This document shows, in pieces, positions 63,393-64,000 of a DNA stretch of 64,000 bases. This DNA comes from Camelus ferus (Eukaryota): positions 109,494,001 through 109,558,000 of the forward strand of contig NC_045697.1 of assembly GCF_009834535.1 (NCBI RefSeq), read 5' to 3'. Position 1 is the first letter of the stretch. The number at the start of each line of letters is the position of its first letter. Position numbers and translations under genes: made by a program. The notes beneath the pieces are model-generated. The model did not search any database and was not told where the DNA came from. It worked only from the letters and a program-made list of their open reading frames with translations.

Positions 63393-63542
63393 TCTGTCCC
63401 TGTTGGGTGTCATTTTAATAGCCTTCCAACAAGCGCAGTACATTCTGATGGAGTTCATGAAAACGAGACAGAGGCAGAACGCCAGCTCCTCTTCACAGCA
63501 GAGCAGTGGTCCAGTGGATGTCATCGGCCCCCATTCGCACAA
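63393..63542 (+). CDS. TMEM131L: TMEM131L exon 24 (150 nt): [36 protein letters not shown]...; rest of transmembrane helix
   Basis: cctcag|T...CAC AA|gtaagg. Confidence 0.96.
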
Positions 63543-63760
63543 GTAAGGAGGATTCTTGTAGCGTGTGTGTGGGCAGGTCTCACCTTTGATATCACTCATT
63601 TCTGGTTTTTATTGTAAGGTAATATACATTTGGATTCCAAGTGTGTTTTTGCACAATTTTCTTTTAAGTCTTATGTGACCACTGTGATATTTCTTTTATG
63701 ATGAGATAGACTTCACGTAAGTGTATTCAATTCTCCGAGCTTTAGAAGAACAGAATAAGT

Positions 63761-63901
63761 GGGGAGGAGGGTGCAGCTCAGAGGTAGAGTGCTTACTTAG
63801 CATGCATGAGGTCCCAGGTTCAATCCCTCGTACCTCCATTAAACTAAATAAGTAAATAAATAAACTTAATTACCTCCCCCACCAAAACAAAAAAACAAAA
63901 A
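63761..63901 (+). mobile_element. vic-1-type SINE, followed by an antisense L1 fragment running to the window end
   Basis: Head plus taattacctccccc tail; catccatgttg...ggctgagtagtattcca at 63902-63985 is L1. Confidence 0.88.
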
Positions 63902-64000
63902 CATCCATGTTGGTACAAATAGCATTATTTTATGATTTTTTATGGCTGAGTAGTATTCCATGTATAAATATACCATAGCTTCTTTTTTTATTAAGATTTT

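Larger units (their letters stand above)
13876..63542 (+). other. TMEM131L: TMEM131L (KIAA0922) gene, partial: 21 coding exons (inferred exons 4-24); gene extends beyond both ends of the window
   Basis: All exons are flanked by AG/GT. Phases are compatible throughout, giving 2550 nt with no stop. The translation matches recalled human TMEM131L (e.g. [65 protein letters not shown]). Confidence 0.97.

Overview
Mammalian genomic DNA, almost certainly from a camelid (camel, alpaca or llama), judged from 18 copies of the tRNA-Ala-derived vic-1-type SINE. The window lies inside TMEM131L (KIAA0922) on the + strand. I assembled 21 consecutive GT-AG coding exons (13876-63542, 2550 nt, about 850 codons). 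Their splice phases join without a stop, and the product matches human TMEM131L as I recall it, from [11 protein letters not shown] through the transmembrane helix. Exon numbers (4-24) are inferred from the human gene; the start and stop codons lie outside the window. Introns hold vic-1 SINEs, L1 3' ends, L2/MIR relics, DNA-transposon MITEs and microsatellites. Most ORF-track entries are spurious or repeat-derived. I found no clearly new biological system. The best leads are a possible decayed antisense gene and a 141-bp hairpin-forming duplication in intron 7, an unidentified A-tailed retroelement in two copies, an L1 3' transduction, repeatedly reused insertion sites, and inverted SINE pairs around exons. 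Repeat family names come from recalled consensus sequences, not from a database search.
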